Shown here in pieces: positions 1 through 9,014 of a stretch of 34,904 nucleotides of DNA. This DNA is from an uncultured Deinococcales bacterium (GTDB lineage Bacteria > Deinococcota > Deinococci > Deinococcales > JAAFIG01), in assembly GCA_964244895.1 (NCBI GenBank), contig CAXTKV010000030.1:1-34904 (forward strand). Direction: 5' to 3'. Position 1 is the first letter of the stretch. Each line of letters begins with the position of its first letter. A model generated the notes under the pieces. It had not been told where the DNA came from. It did not search any database and saw nothing but the letters and a program-made list of their open reading frames with translations. The position numbers were made by a program, and so were the translations under genes.

Positions 1-1191
1 CACGACCTGCTTGAGTTGATCGGGCGCTCTGGCCTGCTCGCGGAAGACGCGGGCAGCCTCCTGAACCAGGCTGTCCGGCGGGTTGTCGGAAACCAGGCGT
101 CGGCAGAGTTTGCGCGCGATGAACCGCGCCGTTCCAGGGTGCGCCGCCAACGCGTCCAGCACGCTCACACCATCGTTGAAGCCGCCGTCGGAGCGCAGGT
201 ACATTCCCAGCACGGTCTTCTGGAAGCGGTCGTGGGTGGGCACGTAGAACGTGAACAGGCCCGTGTTTTTCATGTTGGATTCGTCGGTGTTGTCGTTGAC
301 GCGCCAGCCGGTGAAACAGCGGCAAGCTTCATAGACATCGTCGTCCACGTAGCCCACAGGTGCGCGCCTGTCGAAGCCGGGCACCTCAGTCTGGCGTTTG
401 ACGCCCAGGTAATTTTCTGCGCCCATGGTGTGCAACTCGAACAGTTCGCGGGCGTAGTTCTCGTTCGGGCCAGCGCGCGTGTTGCTGGCGTTGTCCAGGT
501 AGTACAGCATCGCCGGGTGCTTGGCAACCGCGCCGAGCATCTCTCGGAAGTTCCCGAGCGCGTGCTTGCGGATCACGTCGCGGTCATAGGATGCGAAGAC
601 CGTGGCGATGCGGTCGTCGCGTTCGGGCGTGGTGTTGAAATGGTTGTGCCAGAAATCGATTAGCACTTCCTGAAGCTGGCGTTTGCTGTAAGTCATGCGC
701 GTCAACGTCGCCAGGCGCGTTTCCTGGGCGGGCAGCACGGCGGTGGCGTAATCGTCCTGGTTGCGGTTGACGTGGTGATCCAGCCAGACCTGATCGAGCG
801 GTTTTTGAAGGGTTTTGAAACCCATGGCTTTCAGGCGTTCGTCGCAGTCGGCGTCATCGATGCTGTTCGGGTCGAGTTGCGCCTCGAGGTGGGCGCGAAG
901 TTTCTGCGGCGCATCCTTGCCGGGCAGCGCTCGCCAGGCCGCCAGGTCGCCCGGTCGCGGCCCGAAGGCGAGCCGGTTGAGCGCGATCACCTCCAGCGGT
1001 GGCAGCGTCGGCTTGCCGCGCGTGCCCACGGCCTGCGCCCAGTCCGGCAACGACGCCGGCGCATTCTCGAGCGCGCCGGGCTCCAAACGATCCGCCCGGA
1101 CGGAACCCGCCACGAGGCCCGTACCCAGGAGCGCGCTGCCCCAGCGCAAGAGTTGACGGCGATCCATCGGTCTGGCGTCGAGATCGTCCAT
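1..1191 (-). CDS. DUF1800 family protein with Tat-like signal, 3'-partial (runs off the left edge; absent from the ORF track)
   Basis: Manual translation from ATG 1191 (GGGGG RBS): MDDLDARPMDRRQLLRWGSALLGTGLVAG. It contains DUF1800-type motifs LNRLAFGPRPGD, SKRQLQEVLIDFWHNHFN, HPAMLYYLDN and PNENYARELFELHTMG. Alternative start at 1167. Confidence 0.88.
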   Translation of the reverse strand, partial: MDDLDARPMDRRQLLRWGSALLGTGLVAGSVRADRLEPGALENAPASLPDWAQAVGTRGKPTLPPLEVIALNRLAFGPRPGDLAAWRALPGKDAPQKLRAHLEAQLDPNSIDDADCDERLKAMGFKTLQKPLDQVWLDHHVNRNQDDYATAVLPAQETRLATLTRMTYSKRQLQEVLIDFWHNHFNTTPERDDRIATVFASYDRDVIRKHALGNFREMLGAVAKHPAMLYYLDNASNTRAGPNENYARELFELHTMGAENYLGVKRQTEVPGFDRRAPVGYVDDDVYEACRCFTGWRVNDNTDESNMKNTGLFTFYVPTHDRFQKTVLGMYLRSDGGFNDGVSVLDALAAHPGTARFIARKLCRRLVSDNPPDSLVQEAARVFREQARAPDQLKQVV

Positions 1192-1330
1192 ATTGTCCCC
1201 CACGTCACGATAGACCACCGAATCTGAGCGATGGTGATAAAGCTCGTGAACAACGTGGGAACGAGTGCATCCCAAGTCACATACGGCGCGAACTCGAACG
1301 CGAGGCGTTTTCTCGAGGAGGTGAACACAG

Positions 1331-1378
1331 GAGCACCGTCCAGCACGCAAAAAACAGAATACGTGCTGGACGATGCTC
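1331..1378. repeat. REP-like palindrome copy
   Basis: GAGCACCGTCCAGCACG - AT-rich loop - CGTGCTGGACGATGCTC. Confidence 0.9.
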
Positions 1379-1391
1379 TCGAGATTTAGAC

Positions 1392-2852
1392 TCAGGGTTT
1401 GAGGCTGTAATCTTCCGACCAGCGATCTTTGGTCAGGCCCGAATACGCGCGGTTCGGCGGGTCGAAAGTCTTGCCGGAGAGCGTCGGCGTGATCGTGCCC
1501 GCCCAGGACGATCCGGGCAGCGTACAACCGTAATTGATCGCGTCGGCGGTCTCGCCCCAGGTGACGCAGGCGACTTCCTGCCCGTTGTACTCGATGCCGG
1601 AAAGCATTTTGATCCCGCTCAGGCTCCGGCCATTGCCCCGAATCGTGCCGCCGACGTTGACCTTCGCATCAAATTTCGTTTTGGCGGCATTGACGATGCC
1701 GCTCACGTCGAACCCGAGCGGCTTTCCGGCTTTGATGTTCGCCTTGGCACGATTGATCGCCTCCTCGAGACCCGCCGGAATCTGGACACCCTTGCCCCTG
1801 CGATTCCACCAGTCCGGGTTTTCGGAGTACACCCACACGAATTCATCCGACGTGCGCAGGCCGTGATAGATGTTGTGCTCAAAAAGCTTCAAGCGATCCG
1901 CGTCGGAATTCATGTAGTACCCGAAAAAGCGCGGGCTTTTGTAAAGATCCAGAACGCCGTCCACGAAGGCGGCGCTCGCCACCTTGACCTGGGCGGCATA
2001 TTTGGCGCGATTCTCGGGCGCGACGATCCTGGCGGCATCGCGGATGAACCTGGCCTTGTCGTCGAATTCCTGGGCGTCGGTGTTGTAGTACGTCAACTCG
2101 TTGCCATCAATGATCTGCGCGTCCGGCCCGATCGCGTCCAGCATGCCATTTGAAAACGCCAGCAAGAGCGCGTTGCCGGATTGCTCGAGTTCGCCCGCCT
2201 CGACATCGGCTCGCATGATGGCGACGAAGAACAGGGTCAGCACGCGCACGTCCGGCATTTCCATTTGCAAGGCGCGCATGAAGCTCGCGCCCCTGGTTCG
2301 AACGACCGCACCGACCTGCGCGAAGCTCTTGCCCGGATAGAGCGCACTCGAGTACGCCCATGGGTTCTGACCGTAAGGTTCAGTGTCGAACAGCACGCCC
2401 CGGAAACCCCCCGCTTTCGCCAATCGCGCGAAGCTTCGAGCGTTCGTTTCTGTCACCGCCCAATCCGCATTTGAAAACCAGCTCCAGCCCGGCTCGAGCC
2501 GCGAATCCATCCGCAAGAAATTCTGGGTCAGTTTGGCAGATTTCGCAGCTTCCAGATCCGTGCGGTCGCGGGCCACGTCCGCATCGCTGTAGGGCTTCTT
2601 GTTGAAGATGTTCGTGCTGAAGCTCGGTTCGACCACGACACCATCGAAGCCTTTCGATTCAAACGCGGCCAAGTTCTGCTTCAAGAACCACGGTTGCGGT
2701 TGATCCCAACCCAACTCGATCAGTTTCCTGGTGCCCTGGCTGGCGGGCGGCGGGGATGCGGGCGGCGGGCTCGAGGGCGCTGGGCGCGAGGACGGGGCGA
2801 GGCAAGCCGTCAAACCCAGGGCGAGCAGCACGGTCAAGAAAATCCTGTTCAT
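1392..2852 (-). CDS. Lipoprotein, putative glycoside-hydrolase-like TIM-barrel plus C-terminal beta domain
   Basis: ATG 2852 with GGAGG RBS; MNRIFLTVLLALGLTAC lipobox; Pro/Ser linker. Segments GFDGVVV, GFRGVLFDTEPY and IIDGNE resemble (beta/alpha)8 glycosidase strands; family not assignable. Confidence 0.7.
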   Translation of the reverse strand: MNRIFLTVLLALGLTACLAPSSRPAPSSPPPASPPPASQGTRKLIELGWDQPQPWFLKQNLAAFESKGFDGVVVEPSFSTNIFNKKPYSDADVARDRTDLEAAKSAKLTQNFLRMDSRLEPGWSWFSNADWAVTETNARSFARLAKAGGFRGVLFDTEPYGQNPWAYSSALYPGKSFAQVGAVVRTRGASFMRALQMEMPDVRVLTLFFVAIMRADVEAGELEQSGNALLLAFSNGMLDAIGPDAQIIDGNELTYYNTDAQEFDDKARFIRDAARIVAPENRAKYAAQVKVASAAFVDGVLDLYKSPRFFGYYMNSDADRLKLFEHNIYHGLRTSDEFVWVYSENPDWWNRRGKGVQIPAGLEEAINRAKANIKAGKPLGFDVSGIVNAAKTKFDAKVNVGGTIRGNGRSLSGIKMLSGIEYNGQEVACVTWGETADAINYGCTLPGSSWAGTITPTLSGKTFDPPNRAYSGLTKDRWSEDYSLKP

Positions 2853-2865
2853 CTTGGCCTCCAAA

Positions 2866-2918
2866 GAACATCGTCCAGCACAACGTTTTTACGACTTCAA
2901 AAATGCGTTCGGGACGGT
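2866..2918. repeat. Degenerate REP-like palindrome copy abutting the RBS of the 2852 gene
   Basis: GAACATCGTCCAGCAC...GCGTTCGGGACGGT. Confidence 0.7.
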
Positions 2919-3044
2919 AGGGGATGATCCTGCACCCGCACGCTTTTCGACCCCTGAAAATTCAACCTCGAGACTTCCGAAGGTGCGGCTTGGCTTCGAG
3001 AAGCGCCCGCATTTCCCGCAACGAAAGCCGCGGGATCGATGTCG

Positions 3045-5309
3045 TCACTTGGCAACCTCTTCCCCGCCGACCAGCCGCCCAGCGTCGTAAACAGCGACCT
3101 TTGGGCGAATCTGCATCCTCGAGTCGAGTCCCTCGAGCGACCCCGCATTCAGATCCAAGCCCTTCCCGGAGGCGATATCGATTCCCAGGCTGGCCCCGCG
3201 CCGATACAACGAATCCGTGATGACGTTCCCTTTGCCGGGACGGGTGTTGGCCCGATAAATGAACGAGGGCAGGATCCGCTGACCCGTGAAATCCAGATCA
3301 AAAAAATACGTTTGGCCGGACCATTGCCGCAAAGGTTTCAAGATCGCACCCTCGCTCGAGACGAGATTGACTGCGATATCGCTCGGGTTTGTGCCCGCCG
3401 AAAGCGTGACAAAAAAACGCATCGAAAGTTTATCCGTAACGCGCGGAAACCAGCGGCTGCGGTTATTGATCAAAGTCTCGAGCTTCACCTGACTGGCAGT
3501 TCGTGACACCAGCTTCACCTCACCGAAAAATTCGCGATCCGTCGTGAGCCAGTCCAGACTCGTGTCGCGTTTGGCGTCGTCTGGAGGCGGTAACACGCTA
3601 TCCGTCGTACCAGGGTTGGTTTCCCTCGAGATCAGCGCCGCCAGCGCACCAACCATGCTCGCACTGGCGTAAATCGTGGGTTCGCTGTGCTCGAAATCCG
3701 TCCAGTCGTCGGGAAAACGGTCATCATTTTTGGGTCCAGCGACCAACGCGCCGTACAGCGTGTGTCTGGATTTCGTTTGGTAGCACGCACAATTTTTATT
3801 GGCGTTTTCACCACCCGACCAGAAGCCGCTCGCACTGCCGTGAAGCGGACGCTCTGGCCAGCGATTGCCGTACCCGATCAGGTAGCTCAGTCCCAACGGG
3901 TTTTGGCCCAGCGCGTAATCCATTTGCTTTTTGGCCCACGCGTACAGTTTGTTTTTCCGGTCAGCGTCCGAAGTCCAACTGCTGTACACCATCGCCATGA
4001 AGCTGGTGTGCATGTTTCTCGAGAGCAGGATGCCGTCACCCCACCAGATCCGGTAGCTCAACCCGCCGGGGGTTTTCAAGTGTTCGCCCACCGAGTTGTT
4101 CAACCACGCATCGAAAAGCCCGGCGTCGTACTTGTCGGTCGGGTTGGGAACGTAGAGCGAAGACTCGAGTTGTGCGAAGTCGTTCGGGCGTTTCATCAGC
4201 CACAAAAGCGCGGCGGGACTGGCGTAGGACGTGGGCGATGGATCAGCCCACCAACCCAGGAAGCTGCTCAGGTTTTCGTACCCACCAGCCACGTTGTTTT
4301 TACCCTCAGGATGATCCGACGGATTGCTGATGAAGGTTTTAGCCCAGTTGAAATAAAGATCGGCCCGAGCCTGCCCACCACCCAGAGCGAGTTCGGCCTT
4401 GTACAGCCAGGCCGACGCGAAAAGCTGTTCGTCTGCGGCCTTTGCGCTGCGATAACCCAGCGGGCGCACCTTGCCCCTGGGGTCAATCACCGGGAGTTGA
4501 TCATTGATGGTCAGTCCGCGTTCTTTGGCTCCGAAAGGATAGCGGTCGGCGTACGCAAAAAGTTTGCGGGCGCGTCGCAGCAGAATCCGCGCGTAGTCGG
4601 CCTGGCCGCGTTCAGCAAACACCAGCGCGCTCGAGGCCATTGCCGCGCTCATGGCCGCCGCCACGTCGGGCCCAGCGATCTCGGTGTTGACCTTGGTGGC
4701 TTCGCGCAGCGTGAAACCGTCCGTGACTTCCGGTGCGGCCCACATGCTGTGAACGGATGGTTCGGGTTGTTCATTGCCGGAAGCGTCCGTGTAGGTTCCA
4801 CCCACGTCGACGTAAAGCTCAAACCCACCAAAATTCTGGAGATCATCCGGGGCGGGATCGACGATGCAGCGCAGAAAGTAATCGTTGACGTGCTTGAGGC
4901 TATCGCGCAGTTCTTCCCATTGCCCGGTTCGGTCGTACGCTTCTGGAAACTGCACGGCGGACCAGGCCAACATGCTCGCGGAAAAAGCCATCGTGGAATT
5001 TGATTTCCACAAGTCGCCCGCGTCGTACCAACCCCCAGACAGATCGCGTCCCACGTCTTTGCCATCGTCCAGATGGGCCGGGCCGCGCCAGGGTACGCGG
5101 TTGGTCGCTGAGAGCGAACCCGATTGTTGAGCCTCGAAGAAGTAAAAGCCGAGCTGCAAAGCCCTGGCGTAGCCGCTGCCTTTGACGTAACTGGTACTCG
5201 GGGGATCTGCGGGCATTTTGGTCGTGCCTTGCGTACACGCGCTGCAAATCATCGTGAAGACCACCACGAAAGCGACGCGAAGCCTCGAACCGATAAAATG
5301 GTCTGGCAT
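3045..5309 (-). CDS. GH9 endoglucanase-like lipoprotein with C-terminal CBM3c-like module
   Basis: True start ATG 5309 (GGAAGGA RBS), not 6221. Lipobox ICSAC. GH9 motifs FFEAQQSG, DLSGGWYDAGD, YALGQNPLGLSYLIGYG, LYGALVAGP and DFEHSE (catalytic acid). CBM3c-like INNRSRWFPRVTDKLSMRFF. Confidence 0.88.
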   Translation of the reverse strand: MPDHFIGSRLRVAFVVVFTMICSACTQGTTKMPADPPSTSYVKGSGYARALQLGFYFFEAQQSGSLSATNRVPWRGPAHLDDGKDVGRDLSGGWYDAGDLWKSNSTMAFSASMLAWSAVQFPEAYDRTGQWEELRDSLKHVNDYFLRCIVDPAPDDLQNFGGFELYVDVGGTYTDASGNEQPEPSVHSMWAAPEVTDGFTLREATKVNTEIAGPDVAAAMSAAMASSALVFAERGQADYARILLRRARKLFAYADRYPFGAKERGLTINDQLPVIDPRGKVRPLGYRSAKAADEQLFASAWLYKAELALGGGQARADLYFNWAKTFISNPSDHPEGKNNVAGGYENLSSFLGWWADPSPTSYASPAALLWLMKRPNDFAQLESSLYVPNPTDKYDAGLFDAWLNNSVGEHLKTPGGLSYRIWWGDGILLSRNMHTSFMAMVYSSWTSDADRKNKLYAWAKKQMDYALGQNPLGLSYLIGYGNRWPERPLHGSASGFWSGGENANKNCACYQTKSRHTLYGALVAGPKNDDRFPDDWTDFEHSEPTIYASASMVGALAALISRETNPGTTDSVLPPPDDAKRDTSLDWLTTDREFFGEVKLVSRTASQVKLETLINNRSRWFPRVTDKLSMRFFVTLSAGTNPSDIAVNLVSSEGAILKPLRQWSGQTYFFDLDFTGQRILPSFIYRANTRPGKGNVITDSLYRRGASLGIDIASGKGLDLNAGSLEGLDSRMQIRPKVAVYDAGRLVGGEEVAK

Positions 5310-5320
5310 GGTTCCTTCCC

Positions 5321-6862
5321 TCACGGCTTGACCTCGAGCGTTGCGCCAAGCGCGTTCAAGCCCGTGCTGGCTTCCCAGACGCCCTGGTTGGCCAAGCGGA
5401 CGCTGTACTCGGGACGTTTCAGGAGGCCGGGGGCCGGGTCGGGCAGGTTGAGGAACACGTCGTACTGACCGGGCGGAAGGCTCGCGGGAACCGTCGCGCT
5501 CAGGTTCAGGGCTTTCGTCTGGCCAGGCGCGGGCAGAAACAGCCGCACGTCCTCCGGCGGGTTGACCGCGAGACGGGTTTCCTGGCTGGTGGTTTTCTCG
5601 CGCAGCACGATCTCGAGCGCTCGGGGATTGTAGAGGGTTCCGAAACCGTCGTTGGTCAGGCTCAGGTTGATCTGCAAGACCGCGCCGACCTTGATGTCTT
5701 TGGGCGTCTGCGATTCCAGCAGGCGGTAGCGGTAGCCCGTGCGCCGTTTGACTTCGTCCATGCAGTGCCCAGTGATGCGGTTCAAAGGGAACTGGTTGGT
5801 CGCGTCCGGGTGCGCGATGCTCATTTCCTCGAGCAAATCCGCGCAAGGCACGGCCTTCCAGACGGCGTTGGAGAAATCGAAGCAGCCCGAGTCCATCATT
5901 TCCGCCTGCGGCACGTACAGACCTTCTCGTTGCAAGAACGCCCGGTTCGCCAGGCGGATAGCGCGGACATCCGGGTGGTAGTCGGCCATATAGCATTCGT
6001 CGTGAAAACCGACGCGCGATCTGGGCGATTGACTGAAGGCTTCCTGCGCGGAAAGCGGCGTCCCATCGAAGAACTGGTATTTCAGGCCGGGGTAGCGCAG
6101 CAGCACCGCCCGGTTGGAGGGCAGCGCATCGAGCAGCTTGTTCAGGATGGCTCGGGCGTTGTCGTTGACGCCATCTGTGGCCGTCAGGTTGCCGTTCGAG
6201 GAATGGTGCCATTCGCCCCACGGCCCGATGAACCCCGCGAGCATGAACGCGATCACGTCGGCGTTGCCCTGAAGCACGGGCTTGAGCTGTTCCAGGTGCG
6301 CCACAATCCGGTCTTTCGGCGCGTCGAAACCCGCGTTTTCGTCCAACGGCCAGCTGTACACGAAATACGGCGCGACCTTCAGGCCCAGCTCCCGAGCCAC
6401 GCCAAAATCATTCGCGATCCGATCCAGGAACGCCTGCGGGATGCTGATGTCCTTCCACTGCCCCAGCACGTAGACCAGGCGCACCAGGCTCGAGGGCAGG
6501 TTGGTGGATTCGCGCCTCAGGTAATCCCGGACGCCAGCATCGGAAAGCGGCGGGTTGTTGGCCGGCAAACCGTCGCTCGCGCCGCCCGGCTGATAGCTGA
6601 TGATCTCGCCGCGTTCGGGGTTGCGGAAATTCTCGTCGCTCGGCGCGTAGACGACCCTGGTGACACCGGGTGGTGACGGCGGTGACGGCGGTGATGGCAG
6701 TGGCGCCGGTGATGCGGGTGGCGGGCTCGAGGGTGGTGGGGGGCTCGAGGGAGGGTTCGGTGCGAGGCAAGCGATCGGCCCGACGGCCAGCCCCAGCGCG
6801 AGAACACCGTTCCGCACGGCATTCATCGCTCGCGTCCCCGACGGTCTTTTCGAGTTGATCAT
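5321..6862 (-). CDS. DUF4874/DUF4832 domain lipoprotein (putative glycoside hydrolase)
   Basis: ATG 6862 (GAGG RBS, 8 nt after the GH10 stop); lipobox PIAC and Pro linker. Motifs NFRNPERG, GFIGPWGEWH, RVGFHDEC, GYRYRL, NDGFGTLYNPR and YSVRLAN. Confidence 0.8.
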   Translation of the reverse strand: MINSKRPSGTRAMNAVRNGVLALGLAVGPIACLAPNPPSSPPPPSSPPPASPAPLPSPPSPPSPPGVTRVVYAPSDENFRNPERGEIISYQPGGASDGLPANNPPLSDAGVRDYLRRESTNLPSSLVRLVYVLGQWKDISIPQAFLDRIANDFGVARELGLKVAPYFVYSWPLDENAGFDAPKDRIVAHLEQLKPVLQGNADVIAFMLAGFIGPWGEWHHSSNGNLTATDGVNDNARAILNKLLDALPSNRAVLLRYPGLKYQFFDGTPLSAQEAFSQSPRSRVGFHDECYMADYHPDVRAIRLANRAFLQREGLYVPQAEMMDSGCFDFSNAVWKAVPCADLLEEMSIAHPDATNQFPLNRITGHCMDEVKRRTGYRYRLLESQTPKDIKVGAVLQINLSLTNDGFGTLYNPRALEIVLREKTTSQETRLAVNPPEDVRLFLPAPGQTKALNLSATVPASLPPGQYDVFLNLPDPAPGLLKRPEYSVRLANQGVWEASTGLNALGATLEVKP

Positions 6863-6870
6863 GTGTCGCC

Positions 6871-8646
6871 TCACGGCAGTTTCAATGTCAACGCACTGCC
6901 GGGTTGCTCGAGTTTGAGGCGGGTTTCGACCCTGCGCGAACCCAGGCTGGCGGTGATCACGTACTCGCCCTGGAAAGCGCGCGCGGCGTACCGTCCACCG
7001 ACGTCGCTCTGACCGGTGGCGTCCGTCCACCAGGTCTTGAAGACCAGATCGAGCCAGGCCTGACCGTTGGGTTTCAGGCTCCAGTCTTTGCGCCACAGGG
7101 CCGCATCGGGCAGCCAGTGCTGTCCCTCCCAGAAGCCCCACATCAGGATCCCGGAAACCGCCGGGTGGCTGAAGGCCAGCGTCATCAGGTCGCGCAGGTA
7201 ATCGGCCTGCAGGGCCTCGTTGGCGGTGTTGATGTCCATCTCCGTGATCTCGAGCGGCAGATTGAGTTTGGAGAGGTCAGTCAGCCTGGTGAACAGTTCC
7301 TCCGGCGGCGTCAGGCTGTACCCGAAATGCCCCTGCAAGCCCAGCCCGCCGATGGGCGCGCCCAACTCGAGCATGCGTTTGGTGATGCGTTTGAGTTCAG
7401 TTTCATAGGCGCAGCACTCCCCGAGGTTGCCGTAATCGTTGATGAACAAGCGCGCGCTGGGCTCGAGCTGATGGACGCGTTTGAACCAGGCCGCGATCTC
7501 GTCCTCGCCGAGCACCTTCGCTAGCCGCTTGTTGACGACGGGTTCGTTGATCACGTCCCAGTCCACCAACTGCCCGCGCGTGGCGCTCAGGATGTCCTGA
7601 AAGTGCTGGTCGATGCGCGCCCGAGCCCCGGCAGCATCGTTCTTTTCCAGCATCTTCGAGAGATCATCCGGCACGCAGTACTCCTGCTGGCACGGCCAGA
7701 GCAGGTTGTGTCCTCGAACCTCGATGTGGTTCTCGCGCAAAATCTTCAACGCCTGGAGCGCTTCCTGACGGCGGCAGCATTCCCAGACGGGCCATTTCAG
7801 ATCGTTTTCTAAGACCACGCGGTTGAAACGCTCCAGGATCGTCTTGCGGTAGGTGGCGCTGTCGGCGGAATCGCCCAGGAACATCTTGGCGTCCACAGCG
7901 GAACCGAACGCGAAGGCGTGGCGTTTCATGGCGATGTGAACCAGCGCGTTCGGGACGGGCCGACCGTTTTGATCCACCACGCTGACGCGCAAATCCGCCT
8001 TGCGCCAACGCTCGATGCGCGCGTTGGCCGCCGCGCGCCAGGGCGCGTTTTGATCGCGCCCCGCGTAATCGAAACCCGCGAACGGCAAGTCTTTGAGCTT
8101 GCGCGACTGCTGAAAGTTCTTCAGGACGAACCCACCCAACTCGAAGCGCTGACCCGCGTAGCCGAGCCTGAACCTCGCGCCCGCGCCGCCGACCGGGAAG
8201 TCCTGAGCGGCGTGAAACGGCACGCTGTAGAAGGTCCAATCGGGCTTGAGCTTGATCTCGAACCCCACGGATTTGTCCCACGGGTCGCCGTTTTTCTCGA
8301 ACACGAACTCCGTTCTGGCCGCGCCACCGAGCGCGTGCGCCCAGAATTGCACCAGCATCGCGTCGCCTTTTGCGATGCTGGTTTTGTTGCTCGCATTCAG
8401 TTGCGCGAAGTACGGCTGCTCGAGCGGCTTGAGCCCCGCCACGCGCCAGGCCCGGTCGAACGCTTGACCTTGCGGCGCGAAGACCTGGACGCTGACATCC
8501 TTCGAGTTCTGCGGGTATTCAAAAGCCGCGAATGCGTCCGCACCCAGCACGTTCACGCCGCCCTCGGGCTGAGCGCGTCCGGTCGTGAGTAAACCGAGCC
8601 CGAGTGCGAACGCCAGCAATCCGGCAGCGATGCTTTTTGTGGTCAT
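6871..8646 (-). CDS. Secreted GH10 endo-1,4-beta-xylanase-like enzyme with N-terminal CBM4/22-like domain
   Basis: ATG 8646 with GGAGG RBS; signal peptide. GH10 motifs ENDLKW, RGHNLLW, WDVINEP (acid/base), LFINDY, GLQGH, EITEMD (nucleophile) and MWGFW. Confidence 0.9.
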   Translation of the reverse strand: MTTKSIAAGLLAFALGLGLLTTGRAQPEGGVNVLGADAFAAFEYPQNSKDVSVQVFAPQGQAFDRAWRVAGLKPLEQPYFAQLNASNKTSIAKGDAMLVQFWAHALGGAARTEFVFEKNGDPWDKSVGFEIKLKPDWTFYSVPFHAAQDFPVGGAGARFRLGYAGQRFELGGFVLKNFQQSRKLKDLPFAGFDYAGRDQNAPWRAAANARIERWRKADLRVSVVDQNGRPVPNALVHIAMKRHAFAFGSAVDAKMFLGDSADSATYRKTILERFNRVVLENDLKWPVWECCRRQEALQALKILRENHIEVRGHNLLWPCQQEYCVPDDLSKMLEKNDAAGARARIDQHFQDILSATRGQLVDWDVINEPVVNKRLAKVLGEDEIAAWFKRVHQLEPSARLFINDYGNLGECCAYETELKRITKRMLELGAPIGGLGLQGHFGYSLTPPEELFTRLTDLSKLNLPLEITEMDINTANEALQADYLRDLMTLAFSHPAVSGILMWGFWEGQHWLPDAALWRKDWSLKPNGQAWLDLVFKTWWTDATGQSDVGGRYAARAFQGEYVITASLGSRRVETRLKLEQPGSALTLKLP

Positions 8647-8827
8647 ACAGAACCCCTCCTGGATCACGGATCGCCCACACTTCCTTTCGACCCTACGCAT
8701 TCCGATGCGTGCTTGACGTGAAATAACCGTGAAACCCCGTTATACACACCAGCATCGCGAGCCAAAAACAAATCGAACATTTTTGGTCGGCAAACGAGGA
8801 CGGCTCGAGCGGGATCGAGCCTCGAGA

Positions 8828-8871
8828 ACACCATCCAGCACGCAATATTGTTTACGCGTGCTGGATGGTGT
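8828..8871. repeat. REP-like palindrome copy
   Basis: ACACCATCCAGCACGC / GCGTGCTGGATGGTGT; perfect 16-bp arms. Confidence 0.9.
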
Positions 8872-8978
8872 CCGTGCGAGCTCGACGAGGGTCTCGTCTG
8901 GTTCAGTTCAGGACTCGACCAACGCCACACGACAACCGCGAACCGCAACCAAAGAGGTGCATCTCATCGCTTCGAGGC

Positions 8979-9014
8979 TAAAATCGGATCATGTTTGACG
9001 AGGTGGCATCCTGA
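8979..9014 (+). promoter_or_regulatory. -10 box plus leaderless 7-aa uORF (MFDEVAS*) overlapping the AraC start
   Basis: TAAAAT 8979-8984, 6 nt, then ATG 8991; TGA 9012-9014 overlaps CTG 9011-9013. Confidence 0.55.

Noticed and set aside
5310..6221. N-terminal 300-aa extension of the GH9 ORF in the ORF track
   Set aside because: Overlaps the DUF4832 gene in another frame and reads as Arg/Pro-rich noise; RBS and signal peptide mark 5309 as the start.
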